A DNA stretch of 37,282 bases from Waddliaceae bacterium (lineage in GTDB: Bacteria > Chlamydiota > Chlamydiia > Chlamydiales > Waddliaceae), in the NCBI GenBank assembly GCA_049583465.1, contig JBAUVX010000405.1:1-37282 (forward strand), in the 5' to 3' direction; not shown here. More notes on this DNA, generated by a model. It was given only the letters and a program-made list of their open reading frames with translations, did no database searches and was not told the DNA's origin. Within the stretch, counting starts at the first letter, position 1.

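Overview
The whole 37,282-nt window is plus-strand coding sequence for two adjacent genes of one AT-less (trans-AT type) modular type I polyketide synthase. The genes overlap by 26 nt. I see no RNA genes, mobile elements, CRISPR arrays or intergenic regulatory DNA. Gene 1 (nt 2-11629, 5' end outside the window) reads [KS flank]-DH-KR-cMT-ACP-KS-DH*-KR-ACP-KS-DH(His>Cys). Gene 2 runs from ATG 11604 to the last base (at least 8,559 codons, 3' end outside the window). It is absent from the supplied ORF track, apparently because it meets no stop codon in the window. By hand translation it reads KR-ACP-KS-DH-KR-ACP-KS-KR*-cMT-ACP-KS-KR-ACP-KS-DH-KR-ACP-KS-ACP-ER-KS-KR(partial). Totals: 8 complete KS (all Cys-His-His), 8 ACP, 8 KR (one partial), 5 DH-fold domains, 2 C-methyltransferases, 1 ER, no AT and no NRPS domains. 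Main observations: (1) an 8.1-kb supermodule KR-ACP-KS-DH-KR-ACP-KS occurs twice in full plus the start of a third copy, with copies 1 and 2 in a 13,068-nt register. (2) A non-canonical KS-ACP-ER-KS block has an ACP that alone carries Trp at Ser+6, the beta-branching flag, which predicts an HMGS cassette elsewhere. (3) A His>Cys DH sits at the split-module gene junction. (4) A DH-fold domain has a shortened His motif and Asp>Asn. (5) A DH-less KR-cMT paralogue has its KR Lys replaced by Asn. Domain boundaries are approximate (about +/-30 nt). The catalytic codon coordinates were counted by hand and checked for phase. I cannot tell from sequence alone which organism this is or whether the cluster is already described. 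All short track ORFs (60-152 aa) are antisense or out-of-frame shadows of the PKS frames.
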